NCBI GenBank assembly: GCA_021159055.1
Contig: JAGGSO010000008.1
Location: 1 to 42,547, forward strand
Direction: 5' to 3'
Length of the DNA: 42,547 nt
Source: Candidatus Bipolaricaulota bacterium
Lineage (GTDB): Bacteria > Bipolaricaulota > Bipolaricaulia > UBA7950 > UBA9294
The notes beneath the pieces were generated by a model. That model saw only the letters and a list, made by a program, of their open reading frames with translations, ran no database searches and had not been told where the DNA came from. The position numbers and the translations under genes were made by a program. Below, one piece after another: positions 14,291 through 23,397 of this stretch (position 1 is the first letter of the stretch; each line of letters begins with the position of its first letter).

Positions 14291-16576
14291 TCACCCGATG
14301 CGTCGTGCGTTCAACAGCTTATGGCGGCGCTGGAGGGCGATCAGCCAGGAGATGGTCGACTCCGCCCCCTGGTTCATGTTCACCCCGGCGGAGTGGAGCC
14401 CGTCCCGGCACCCTCCGGTGTGGAGGTCGACCAGGGCCTGATGGACGTCGTTCTGCCCGAGGAACCAGTTGAAGCAGAGCTCGATGTCCCGCCGCCAATC
14501 GGTGTCCTGCGTGATCCGATAGGCGTCGTAACACGCATCGATCAGGGCCGCCGCCTCGATCGGCTGCTGGTCGAACCTCGCCCGCTCTCCTCCCTTGCGG
14601 AACCAGCCGTTGTTCCCGATCACTGACAGGTGCCCCTCCCGCTCGTTCGTCTGCACGCGCATCAGCCACCGCAGGGCACGCAGCCCCATTTCCTCCCACT
14701 CCTCTCGCTCCAGTGACCGGCCGGCGACAATGAGAGCATGGGGAAGGCGAGCGTTCCCGTAGGTGACAACCTCCTCGTTCCACGGCCAGTCGTCGGTCGC
14801 GTTTGCGACGAACGTCCGCCACAATCGATCCCCAAGCTCCTCCAGGATCCGCTGCGCTTCCCTGTCCCCTCCGAACCGTTTGAGGTACGAGACGAGGCCG
14901 AGGATCGAGTACGCCCACGCACGGGGGGAGGTGAATTCCGTGCATGCGGGGAGGGCGAGCTGGAACAGTTGGGTGGTGAACCCGAGGATCTCCTTGCTCG
15001 GGGCAACAGCGATCGCTTCTCCCAGCCCCCACAGGGTCCTCCCGTGTGAGTCCTCCGAGCCGACCGCATCGGTGAACCGGCGGTCGAACGACATGAAGTT
15101 CCGTACCCGCCCGGTTTTGCGGTCAAGCGCGTAGTGGACGAACGACAGGTAGCGAGCGATGAGGGGGAGCACCGTTTCGTCCTTGAACAGCTCCCAATTG
15201 CGGACCGTCACCACCACCGCGCGCGCGTTATCATCGGTAGTGTAGCCATAGACCCGGTTGGGGATGGTGAAGATCGAATGCTGATAGATCCCGGTGTCGT
15301 CGGTCAGGGAGCGGAGGTGATCGAGCCTGACCTCGGGGAGGGAATGCCATTCCTTGTGTTGCTTGCGCAGCCGCCACCCGACCGTCGACTTCCGTCGCTC
15401 CTGCAGCGCCTGGTCGAACAGAGTGACATAGGCGCTCGCCACCTGCGGCCAGATCATCCGTCGTCCGAACTCGTACGCCCGTTTCCGCATCGCGTCCCGC
15501 GCCGCCCGGTCGCGCAACAGCCGGCGCAGGGCATCGGCCATTGCGTTGGGATCCTGGAACGGAACGAGGATCCCGCGCCCGTCGGCCAGGAGCTCCTCCG
15601 CGTACCAGTACGGGGTCGAGACGATCGCCTTTCCGCACGCAAGAGCGTAGGTCAGGGTCCCAGAGGTGATCTGCTCTTTGGACTTGTACGGAGTGAGGTA
15701 GATATCAGCGGCGACGAGGAACTGAATCAGCTGGCGCAGGTTGACAAACCGATCGTGGAAGATGACATGCCCCCCCAACCCCTTTTGCTCCACCAGCCGC
15801 TCGAGTGACAGGCGGTACTCCTCCCCGAATCGCCGCTTCACCTCGGGGTGAGTCGCCCCAAGGACGATGTACAGGAGATTGGGAAACTCGTCCACCAGCT
15901 GTCCCACCGCCTCGATCGCCGTCTCGATCCCCTTGTTCGGGCTGAGGAGTCCGAACGTGAGGATCACCTCCCTCCCCGCCGCCTGGAACTGGTCCTTGGT
16001 GTAGGCCGGATCGAGGAACGGAACGTCCGGGGCCCCGTGGTGGATGAGGGTGATCTTCTTCCGCGGGACTCCGTAGATGTCGACAAGCATCTCGATCGCC
16101 CGCTTCGCCATGACGACGACGAACGTGGATAAGTCGCACACCGCGCTCAGGGTCTCCCGCTGCCCTGGGGTGGGGGACTGGAGGACGGTGTGCAGGGTGG
16201 TGACCACCGGCCGGGTCAGGTTGTCGAGGAGGTGAAGGACGTAGTCCCCGTCCTCACCCCCGAAGATCCCGTACTCGTGCTGAAGGCAGACGACCTCGGT
16301 GTCGGACAGGTTGATGAAATCGGCTGCCTTCTTGTAGTCATCCCGCCGCTGGGTCTGGATCTCAAACTGGACCTCAGGCCCGTAGTTGTACGCCCCGAGC
16401 CGGTGGCTCAACGCGACGATCCTCACCGCCTCGCTCTCCCCGAGCGGTTCCCCGATAAACTGAGAGATCGCCTCGGCAAGGGATTGGGTGAACGTTCCGA
16501 TCCCGCACTTCCGCGGGGGATAGGTGCTGATAAACGAGGCCTGCACCGGCCGTATCGCGTGGTTTTTCTTGATCAT
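14291..16576 (-). CDS. GT4 (group 1) glycosyltransferase fused to an approximately 330-aa Trp-rich helical C-terminal domain (possibly alpha/alpha-barrel)
   Basis: 761 aa from the ATG at 16576 (MIKKNHAIRPVQASFISTYPPRKCGIGTF...). GGGAGGAA SD. ATGA overlap with the upstream GT4 stop. The ORF-track extension to 16804 overlaps that gene and is Arg/Gly-rich junk. The C-terminal half (from about WRLRKQHKEW) has no GT motifs. Confidence 0.85.
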   Translation of the reverse strand: MIKKNHAIRPVQASFISTYPPRKCGIGTFTQSLAEAISQFIGEPLGESEAVRIVALSHRLGAYNYGPEVQFEIQTQRRDDYKKAADFINLSDTEVVCLQHEYGIFGGEDGDYVLHLLDNLTRPVVTTLHTVLQSPTPGQRETLSAVCDLSTFVVVMAKRAIEMLVDIYGVPRKKITLIHHGAPDVPFLDPAYTKDQFQAAGREVILTFGLLSPNKGIETAIEAVGQLVDEFPNLLYIVLGATHPEVKRRFGEEYRLSLERLVEQKGLGGHVIFHDRFVNLRQLIQFLVAADIYLTPYKSKEQITSGTLTYALACGKAIVSTPYWYAEELLADGRGILVPFQDPNAMADALRRLLRDRAARDAMRKRAYEFGRRMIWPQVASAYVTLFDQALQERRKSTVGWRLRKQHKEWHSLPEVRLDHLRSLTDDTGIYQHSIFTIPNRVYGYTTDDNARAVVVTVRNWELFKDETVLPLIARYLSFVHYALDRKTGRVRNFMSFDRRFTDAVGSEDSHGRTLWGLGEAIAVAPSKEILGFTTQLFQLALPACTEFTSPRAWAYSILGLVSYLKRFGGDREAQRILEELGDRLWRTFVANATDDWPWNEEVVTYGNARLPHALIVAGRSLEREEWEEMGLRALRWLMRVQTNEREGHLSVIGNNGWFRKGGERARFDQQPIEAAALIDACYDAYRITQDTDWRRDIELCFNWFLGQNDVHQALVDLHTGGCRDGLHSAGVNMNQGAESTISWLIALQRRHKLLNARRIG

Positions 16577-17589
16577 TTTATTCCTCCCAGGATCTTTTCG
16601 TACACCTCGAGGTAGCGCTCCACCATCCGCGCTTGGGTGAAGCGAGCCTCCACCCATGCACGGCAGTCCCGCCGCGCGAGTTCTTCCACCTCCGCGACCC
16701 GCGCCGCCGCGGCCTCCCAATCGGGGACGAGGAACCCAGTCACCCCATCCGCGATCAACTCGGGCATCGATCCCCGCCGGATCGCGATCACCGGAGTGCC
16801 GCATGCCATCGCCTCCACCACCGACAGCCCGAACGGCTCATCAAAGTTGATCAGGTGGAGCAACGCGCGGGCTCGCATCAGGAGATCGTACTTCTCCGGC
16901 GGCCCGACCGGCCCGATGTATCGCACCTGCTTCCCGTCGACGTGCGGGGCCACCATTCTCCGGAAGTACTCCTCGTCCTGCACGATCCCGGCGATGATCA
17001 ACGGAAGGCCGGTCCGGCGAGCGACCTGGATCGCTTCGTATGTCCCCTTGTCGGGGTGGATCCTCCCGAGGAAGAGGAGGTAGTCCCCGTGCGCGGCGGA
17101 GAACGGGTAGTCGGCGATCGGGATCCCGTGATAGACGGTGGCGATATAGTCGAGTTCGGGGGCACGATCGGCATTGCTGATCGAGACGTAGTATGTCCTC
17201 TGATTGTACTTGCGGTACACGGGCAGGATCCTCGGGGAGGAGAACCCGTGGATCGTGGTGAGGACCGGGGTGGAGACGAGCCCGGAGTAAGTGAGGGGGA
17301 GGAAGTCGAAGTGGTTGTGGATCAGGTCGAACTCGTCAGCGTGTTCGAACACCTCCGCGATGTGTAGGCACTCCCATACCTTGGGGTCGAGTGATCGATC
17401 CTCGGAGTAGGGGCGAGGGCAGACCCAGCGCAGCTTGGCTGCGGTCACGGAGTCACCGGTGGCAAACAGGGTCACGTCGACCCCGTGAGAAACGAGGCCC
17501 TCCGTGATCAGGCTTGTCACCCATTCCCACGGTCCATAGTGGCGGGGTGGGGTGCGCCAGGATATCGGCGCTAACATCGCGATCTTCAT
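16573..17589 (-). CDS. GT4 (group 1) glycosyltransferase
   Basis: 338 aa. MKIAMLAPISWRTPP start and E-x7-E motif (EPFGLSVVEAMACGTPVI). AAGGGGGTGA SD. Confidence 0.9.
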   Translation of the reverse strand: MKIAMLAPISWRTPPRHYGPWEWVTSLITEGLVSHGVDVTLFATGDSVTAAKLRWVCPRPYSEDRSLDPKVWECLHIAEVFEHADEFDLIHNHFDFLPLTYSGLVSTPVLTTIHGFSSPRILPVYRKYNQRTYYVSISNADRAPELDYIATVYHGIPIADYPFSAAHGDYLLFLGRIHPDKGTYEAIQVARRTGLPLIIAGIVQDEEYFRRMVAPHVDGKQVRYIGPVGPPEKYDLLMRARALLHLINFDEPFGLSVVEAMACGTPVIAIRRGSMPELIADGVTGFLVPDWEAAAARVAEVEELARRDCRAWVEARFTQARMVERYLEVYEKILGGIK

Positions 17590-17603
17590 CCGTTCACCCC
17601 CTT

Positions 17604-17614
17604 TATACAGTATA
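17604..17614. promoter_or_regulatory. Perfect 5-1-5 palindrome in the divergent GT / manB control region (candidate operator and/or -10 elements)
   Basis: TATAC-A-GTATA, 14 nt upstream of the GT4 start codon and 80 nt upstream of the manB GTG. Confidence 0.3.
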
Positions 17615-17693
17615 CCCCGAGCGGCAGTCCGATTAAACTGCGGTTGCGGACGGTCTCATCCCTCGTTACCATCGCTCGCGATGGAGGTGAATC

Positions 17694-19034
17694 GTGGATC
17701 GCTCGATATTCAAGGCGTACGACATCCGGGGGACGTACCCGGACCAATTGGACGAAGAGGCAGCGTATCGGATCGGTCTCGCGTTCGCGACAAGCGGATT
17801 GATCTCCGGAGATCCGGTTGTGGTGGGCCGCGATATGCGGAAAAGCTCCGATGCGCTCTTCTCCGCGCTCGCCCGCGGCCTGACCGATGGGGGGAAGAAC
17901 GTGGTCGACATCGGCCGGGTCACCACTCCGATGCTCTATTTCGGGGTGAACGTGCTGAACGGGGCCGGCGGGGTGATGATCACCGCCTCGCACAACCCGG
18001 CCCGCTACAACGGGTTCAAGCTCGTGCGCGAGCAGGGGATCCCGATCAGTGCGACGACGGGCCTCGCCGAGATCGAAAACCGGGCGCTGGAAGGCGCGGC
18101 ACCGACGGGGAAGAAGGGATCCGTCCGCCAGGAGAGCGTGGAAGATCGATACGTGGAGTTCTTCCGCCAGCGCTTCTCCATCTCCCGCGACCGCAAGACG
18201 ATCATCGACACCGGGAACGGGATGGTGGGAGCGATCCTCCCCCGGGTGTTGGCGACACAGGACATCCCGTACAACGGCCTGTTCTTCACCCCGGACGGTG
18301 ATTTTCCCAATCACGAGGCCAACCCGCTCAAGGAGGAGAACCTGGAAGACCTGCGTCGGGAGGTGCAGGCGAACCCGGGGTCGGTGGGGGCGGCGTTCGA
18401 CGGGGATGGCGATCGGGTCGCGTTCATCGACGAAGACGGGAATCTGGTGCGCGGCGATCTTTTGACCGCGCTCATCGCCTCCCACCTCCTGGACGAGCGC
18501 GGACCGGGAACGATCATCTACGACCTGCGCTCCAGCCGGGTCGTCCCGGAGATAATCGAAGCGCACGGTGGACGACCGATAAAGACGCGCGTCGGGCACT
18601 CGTTCATCAAGGCGTTGATGCGCAAGGAGAAGGCGCTGTTCGCCGGCGAGCTCTCGTTCCACTTCTACTTCTCCGATTTCTTCTACTGCGAGAGCGGAAT
18701 CCTCGCCATGTTGACGGTGCTGAAGCTCCTCGCCGACACCGGTAAAGAGCTCAAGGCGCTGGTCGCTCCCCTGCGCAAGTACGCGCACTCCGGCGAGATC
18801 AACTTCCGGGTGCGAGATCAGCAGGCGGCGATGGACGCCGTCGCCGCGCGGTTCTCCGACGGCGAGATCAGCCGCCTCGACGGACTGTCCGTCGATTATC
18901 CCGATTGGTGGTTCAACCTGCGGCCGTCGAACACCGAGCCGCTCCTGCGGCTGAACGCAGAGGCGAATTCACCGGAGCTACTCGCCGAGAAGCTGAACGA
19001 GATCGAAGCGGTGCTGGCCGAATTCACCGCTTAG
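17694..19034 (+). CDS. manB: Phosphomannomutase / phosphoglucomutase
   Basis: 446 aa with a GTG start after GGAGGTGA. FKAYDIRG, catalytic TASHNP, Mg site FDGDGDR, GELSFH, and phosphate-binding RPSNTEP. Confidence 0.95.
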   Translation: MDRSIFKAYDIRGTYPDQLDEEAAYRIGLAFATSGLISGDPVVVGRDMRKSSDALFSALARGLTDGGKNVVDIGRVTTPMLYFGVNVLNGAGGVMITASHNPARYNGFKLVREQGIPISATTGLAEIENRALEGAAPTGKKGSVRQESVEDRYVEFFRQRFSISRDRKTIIDTGNGMVGAILPRVLATQDIPYNGLFFTPDGDFPNHEANPLKEENLEDLRREVQANPGSVGAAFDGDGDRVAFIDEDGNLVRGDLLTALIASHLLDERGPGTIIYDLRSSRVVPEIIEAHGGRPIKTRVGHSFIKALMRKEKALFAGELSFHFYFSDFFYCESGILAMLTVLKLLADTGKELKALVAPLRKYAHSGEINFRVRDQQAAMDAVAARFSDGEISRLDGLSVDYPDWWFNLRPSNTEPLLRLNAEANSPELLAEKLNEIEAVLAEFTA

Positions 19035-19046
19035 GGAGGCAACGAC

Positions 19047-20117
19047 ATGGAATTCGCAGTGATCATGGCAGGTGGACGGGGTGAGCGGTTGTGGCCGTTG
19101 AGCACCCCGGAGCAGCCCAAGCAGTTCCTGCGGCTGTTCGGGGAGGAGACGATGCTGCAGGCAACGGTGAACCGCATCCTCCCCCTGATCCCGTGGGAGA
19201 ACATCTATGTAGTCACGAGTGAGCGGCACGGTTCATTGGTCCACGAGCAGCTTCCCTCCCTACCACCGGAGAACATCATCACCGAGCCGATCGGACGGAG
19301 CACCGCCCCGTGCATCGGGCTCGCCGCGACGCTGATCTCCCACCGCGACCCGCACGGCACGATGGTCGTCCTGCCCGCCGATCACGTGATCCGCGCTGAG
19401 GACCGGTTCCGCAAGCTGATCAAGACCGGATTGGGCATCGCAAGCGACGGGGAGCATCTCATCACCCTGGGGATCACCCCGCGGCATCCGGCCACCGGCT
19501 ACGGCTACATCCAGGGCGGGGAGGTGGTCATCGAAACCGAGGGGATAAGGGTGCTCCGGGTGGAGCGGTTCACGGAGAAGCCGGACTACGAGACCGCGGT
19601 CGAGTTCCTCAACCAGGGCGGCTACTTCTGGAACAGCGGCATGTTTATATGGCGCGTGGACACCATCCTGGAGGAGATCAGGGAGCACCTCCCGGACCTC
19701 CACGCCGGGCTGAGGAAGATAATGGACTACATCGGCCGTCCCGACCATCGCACCGTCCTGGCGGACGTCTACGCGGCGCAGGAGTCGATCTCCATCGACA
19801 ACGGCGTGATGGAGAAGAGCACCCGCGCGCTCGTCATTCCCACGGGAGAGATCGGCTGGAGCGACGTCGGTGACTGGGCAGCGTGGGCGGAGCTATTCCC
19901 CCGCGATGAGGCGGGGAACGTAATTCAGGCGCAGCACGTCGGGATCGATACGCAGGACAGCGTGATCCTGTCCCGTAGCACCCGAACCGACGGGCGGGTG
20001 ATCGCCACGCTCGGGGTGTCCGATCTCGTCATCATCGAGACTGACGATGCCGTTCTGGTGATGGATAAAAACCGCGCGCAAGAGGTGAAGCGGCTGCTGA
20101 AGCTCACTCGACCGTGA
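19047..20117 (+). CDS. manC: Mannose-1-phosphate guanylyltransferase (nucleotidyltransferase domain only, no PMI cupin domain)
   Basis: 356 aa. GGRGERLWPLS signature, HVIRAEDRF and GYFWNSGMFIW blocks. Confidence 0.9.
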   Translation: MEFAVIMAGGRGERLWPLSTPEQPKQFLRLFGEETMLQATVNRILPLIPWENIYVVTSERHGSLVHEQLPSLPPENIITEPIGRSTAPCIGLAATLISHRDPHGTMVVLPADHVIRAEDRFRKLIKTGLGIASDGEHLITLGITPRHPATGYGYIQGGEVVIETEGIRVLRVERFTEKPDYETAVEFLNQGGYFWNSGMFIWRVDTILEEIREHLPDLHAGLRKIMDYIGRPDHRTVLADVYAAQESISIDNGVMEKSTRALVIPTGEIGWSDVGDWAAWAELFPRDEAGNVIQAQHVGIDTQDSVILSRSTRTDGRVIATLGVSDLVIIETDDAVLVMDKNRAQEVKRLLKLTRP

Positions 20118-21921
20118 CCGTCTTCGCCAGGTTGCGCGGTTGATCGACGTCGGTGCCGCGGCGGACGGCGATGTGGTAGGCGAGGAGCTGGAGCGGAACG
20201 GTATAGACCGCCGGGAGTTCCAACCTGCCGGATGCCGGGATCGGAAGGACATGATCGGCGATTCCGGTTAAAACTGGGTCATCGGGGCGGTCGGTCAGGG
20301 CGATCACGATCCCGTTACGCGCCTTAACCTCCTCGATGTTGGAGAGGACCTTTTCATAGGCGAAGCTCCCCGTCACCAAGACCACTACCGGCATCCGTTC
20401 GTCGATCAGCGCGATCGGTCCGTGCTTCATCTCCCCGGCCGGGTAGCCCTCGGCGTGGATGTAGGAGATCTCCTTGAGCTTGAGCGCTCCCTCAAGGGCG
20501 ATCGGGTACAGCGGGCCGCGCCCGAGGAACAGGAAGTCGCGTGCGGTGTAAAACCGTTCCGCCAACTCGGCCACTGCCGGCTCGAGGGAGAGGGCAGCGG
20601 CAATCCGACTCGGGAGCGCGGTTAACGAGTCAATCAGGGGTTGTTCCTTCTCCGGGTCGAGGCGTCCGCGGGCCGCGGCGAGGCGGAGCCCGAGGAGGGA
20701 GAGGAGCGCGAGCTGGGCGGTGAACGTCTTGGTGGCAGCGACTCCGATCTCGATCCCGGCACGGGTGTAGGCAACTCCGTCGGCCTCCCGTTCAATCGCC
20801 GATCCAACGGTGTTCAACACCCCGATCACCCTCGCCCCGCCTTCCTTCGCCCTGCGTACCGCCATCAGGGTATCGACCGTCTCGCCGGACTGGGAGACGG
20901 CGACAACGAGGGTGCGGGGGCCGACCGGCACGGCACGGTAGCGGAACTCGGAGGCGATCAGGGAATGAACCGGCACCCCGAGCAACTCCTCCCACTGGTA
21001 CTCGGCGACGAGCCCGGCGTGGTAGGCGGTCCCGCAGGCGACCAGGTAGACACGCTCGAAGTCGGTCGGAAGCGCGGGAAGCTCGGGGAACGCGATCCGT
21101 CCCGCGGCGAGCTTCTCCCGCACCGTCTCTCCCACCGCGCGCGGTTGCTCGTGGATCTCCTTCAGCATGAAGTGCTTGTATCCGCCCTTCTGAATCGAAA
21201 ACGGATCGCTCGTCACCGCTCGCAGCCGCGGCGCGACCTCCGTCCCATCTGGAGAGAAGACGCGCAATCCGTCCCTCCGCACCTCAGCTATCTCCCCGTC
21301 CTCGAGGAAGGCCACCTCATTTGCCTCTCCCAGGATCGCCGGGATGTCGGAGGAGACGAAGTTTCCCTCATCGCCCTTCCCGATGATGAGCGGGCTTCCC
21401 ATCCGGGCGACGATGATCCGGTCCGGGTCGTCCTCGGACAGGACGGCAAGCGCGAACGCCCCTTCGAGCTCGCGAACCGCGGCCTGCACCGCGGCGAGGA
21501 TGTCGCCCTCATCGTGCTCCTCGATCAGGTGGGCGAGGACCTCGGTATCGGTCTGGGAGCGAAACGAATGACCGGCGGCGATCAGCCGGTCGCGCAACGG
21601 GCGGAAGTTCTCGATGATCCCGTTGTGCACGACCGCGATCTTCCCACGGCAATCGAGGTGCGGGTGCGCGTTCTCCTCAGTTGGAGGGCCGTGCGTCGCC
21701 CAACGGGTATGACCGATCCCAACCCGGGCGGATATCCCCTGCGGTAGAACCTCCCCGCTGAGTTCATCCACCTTTCCGGCACGCCGGAACACAGTCATCC
21801 GCCCCCCGACAATGAGGGCGACCCCGGCCGAGTCATAGCCGCGGTACTCCAGGCGCTTGAGCCCGGAAAACAGCAGCTCTACGGCGTTTTTCCTTCCTAC
21901 ATATCCGATTATTCCGCACAT
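20104..21921 (-). CDS. glmS: Glutamine--fructose-6-phosphate aminotransferase
   Basis: 605 aa. MCGIIGY N-terminal nucleophile, two SIS domains, C-terminal ...NLAKTVTVE. The 3' end overlaps the manC 3' end by 14 nt. Confidence 0.97.
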   Translation of the reverse strand: MCGIIGYVGRKNAVELLFSGLKRLEYRGYDSAGVALIVGGRMTVFRRAGKVDELSGEVLPQGISARVGIGHTRWATHGPPTEENAHPHLDCRGKIAVVHNGIIENFRPLRDRLIAAGHSFRSQTDTEVLAHLIEEHDEGDILAAVQAAVRELEGAFALAVLSEDDPDRIIVARMGSPLIIGKGDEGNFVSSDIPAILGEANEVAFLEDGEIAEVRRDGLRVFSPDGTEVAPRLRAVTSDPFSIQKGGYKHFMLKEIHEQPRAVGETVREKLAAGRIAFPELPALPTDFERVYLVACGTAYHAGLVAEYQWEELLGVPVHSLIASEFRYRAVPVGPRTLVVAVSQSGETVDTLMAVRRAKEGGARVIGVLNTVGSAIEREADGVAYTRAGIEIGVAATKTFTAQLALLSLLGLRLAAARGRLDPEKEQPLIDSLTALPSRIAAALSLEPAVAELAERFYTARDFLFLGRGPLYPIALEGALKLKEISYIHAEGYPAGEMKHGPIALIDERMPVVVLVTGSFAYEKVLSNIEEVKARNGIVIALTDRPDDPVLTGIADHVLPIPASGRLELPAVYTVPLQLLAYHIAVRRGTDVDQPRNLAKTVTVE

Positions 21922-21928
21922 AGCCCTA

Positions 21929-21957
21929 TTGTCTTACGCCGTCCGGGCTGCTATAAT
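21929..21957 (+). promoter_or_regulatory. Extended -10 promoter for the DUF151 nuclease gene
   Basis: TTGTCT, 17 nt, TATAAT, with TGC immediately upstream of the -10 (TGCTATAAT). Confidence 0.5.
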
Positions 21958-21997
21958 GAAGCGCCAACGGTCAGCTTAAGACCAAAGGAGAATAACG

Positions 21998-22477
21998 ATG
22001 CGAGAGGCGGAAATCAAGGCGCTTTTAATCGATCCGTTTAACAACGCTCCGGTGGTCCTGCTCAAGGACCTCCATTCCAGCAAGGCGATGCCGATCTGGA
22101 TCGGAGAGTCGGAGGCGATGTCGATCGCCCTCGGCCTGCAACAGGGGAGCTTCCCCCGTCCCCTTTCTCACGACCTGATGAAGGAGTTGGTTGAGGCCCT
22201 GCAGGGACGGGTGGAGAAGATAGTGATCAGCAACCTGGAGGAGGGGACGTACTACGCCACCATCTCGCTGCGCCGCGCCGACGGCGAACTGGTGGAAGTG
22301 GATGCCCGCCCATCCGATTCCCTTGCCCTCGCCTTGAGGGTGGGAAGCCCTATCTACATCGCCGATGATGTATTCGAGGCGTCCGCGATCGAATCTCCGT
22401 TCGCCGAGGAGGATGCATTTCAGGATTTCGTCGACTATCAGATGAACCTCTCGCAGTTCAAGAAGTTCATCGGTTAG
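21998..22477 (+). CDS. Bifunctional nuclease family protein (DUF151/BFN)
   Basis: 159 aa. LLKDLHSSKAMPIWIGESEAMSIALGLQQGSFPRPLSHDLM and DARPSDSLALALR blocks typical of DUF151. Confidence 0.85.
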   Translation: MREAEIKALLIDPFNNAPVVLLKDLHSSKAMPIWIGESEAMSIALGLQQGSFPRPLSHDLMKELVEALQGRVEKIVISNLEEGTYYATISLRRADGELVEVDARPSDSLALALRVGSPIYIADDVFEASAIESPFAEEDAFQDFVDYQMNLSQFKKFIG

Positions 22478-23319
22478 CCGTGTATCACCTCGACTCCGCG
22501 CGGTAGGGCGAGGATCTCCTCCGGGGTGAGGCCCTGGTTCAGGTTGAGTCGCTCCACTTCGATGCTCGTCTTCCGTTGCCCGTCGGCGAACGTCACTACC
22601 TTGCGCACAAGGAAGGTCTCGGGATCGATCCATACCATTCGTACGAGTTCCCCTGTCCTTGCGTCGCTTGCCTCGAGGATAAATCCGCCTTGAATCGAGC
22701 TGAGCCCTCGTTCATCCACCAAGGCGAAACTCTTGTTGACGAGTCCAGCGGCGCCACCTCCAGTGAAAACGGAGTACGGGGCGCGCTCCACCCTACCCGA
22801 GATCGTCTCCGCCAGTTCGAGCGGGGAGCGGAACAGTCCGGCGTCGAAACCGACCCCGCCGCGCACCACCTTGAGTCGGATCTTCCCCGCCTTCCAATCG
22901 GAGTCGAGTCCCTGCAAGGTGAGGGTAGCGAGTCCGAGTGCGGAGAGGGGGAACCCAGCCCAGCGTTTCACCACGATCAGCTCCTCCCTCGGAATGTAGT
23001 GAGAGATAAGATCGCGGCTGACGGTGAATAACTCATCCCGTACTGTATCCGGACTGAGATAGCGAACGGAGAGGGCCTCTTCGGTTCCGGACACGAACCG
23101 AACGAGCATCCGGGTCGGAGTAGGCACTCCCTCCTCTGTCACCGAGACCACCGCTTCCAGATCCTTTACCCGGGTAAACGCTGTCTGCACCCGCCAGATC
23201 AGACCGTCCGGGTGCATTGGGTCATGCTCGTTCATCATGTACTGATCGATGGCAACGACCCCAACGATCAGGCTGACAAAGATACCGATTCCCAGAAGGA
23301 TTAGGTTTTGACTGTTCAT
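22474..23319 (-). CDS. Hypothetical membrane-anchored protein (possibly LolA/RseB-like beta fold)
   Basis: 281 aa. N-terminal TM LILLGIGIFVSLIVGVVAI, remainder beta-rich. The family call is a guess. The 3' end overlaps the BFN gene by 4 nt. Confidence 0.65.
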   Translation of the reverse strand: MNSQNLILLGIGIFVSLIVGVVAIDQYMMNEHDPMHPDGLIWRVQTAFTRVKDLEAVVSVTEEGVPTPTRMLVRFVSGTEEALSVRYLSPDTVRDELFTVSRDLISHYIPREELIVVKRWAGFPLSALGLATLTLQGLDSDWKAGKIRLKVVRGGVGFDAGLFRSPLELAETISGRVERAPYSVFTGGGAAGLVNKSFALVDERGLSSIQGGFILEASDARTGELVRMVWIDPETFLVRKVVTFADGQRKTSIEVERLNLNQGLTPEEILALPRGVEVIHG

Positions 23320-23397
23320 CGAGTATGATTATAATTGCATAAAGATGGGCATGCAATCGGGCGCAATCGGAACGAAAGAGAAGGAAGGAGGACAAAG

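Noticed and set aside
16577-16804. N-terminal extensions offered by the ORF track (14291-16804; also 32080-33270, 23335, 28722, 25819, 11228, 4125)
   Set aside because: The extensions overlap the upstream genes or consist of Arg/Gly-rich junk. Internal starts have proper GGAGG-type SDs and/or ATGA coupling, and give N-termini matching the protein families.
17586-18788. 400-aa minus-strand ORF antisense to manB
   Set aside because: Antisense artefact. The plus strand carries all PMM/PGM catalytic motifs.
20641-21747. 368-aa plus-strand ORF antisense to glmS
   Set aside because: Antisense artefact of a GC-rich gene. glmS identity on the minus strand is certain.
21922-21997. Possible glmS ribozyme upstream of glmS
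   Set aside because: Only 76 nt separate glmS from the divergent gene, and most of that is a promoter. This is too short for the roughly 170-nt ribozyme, and no conserved core was seen.
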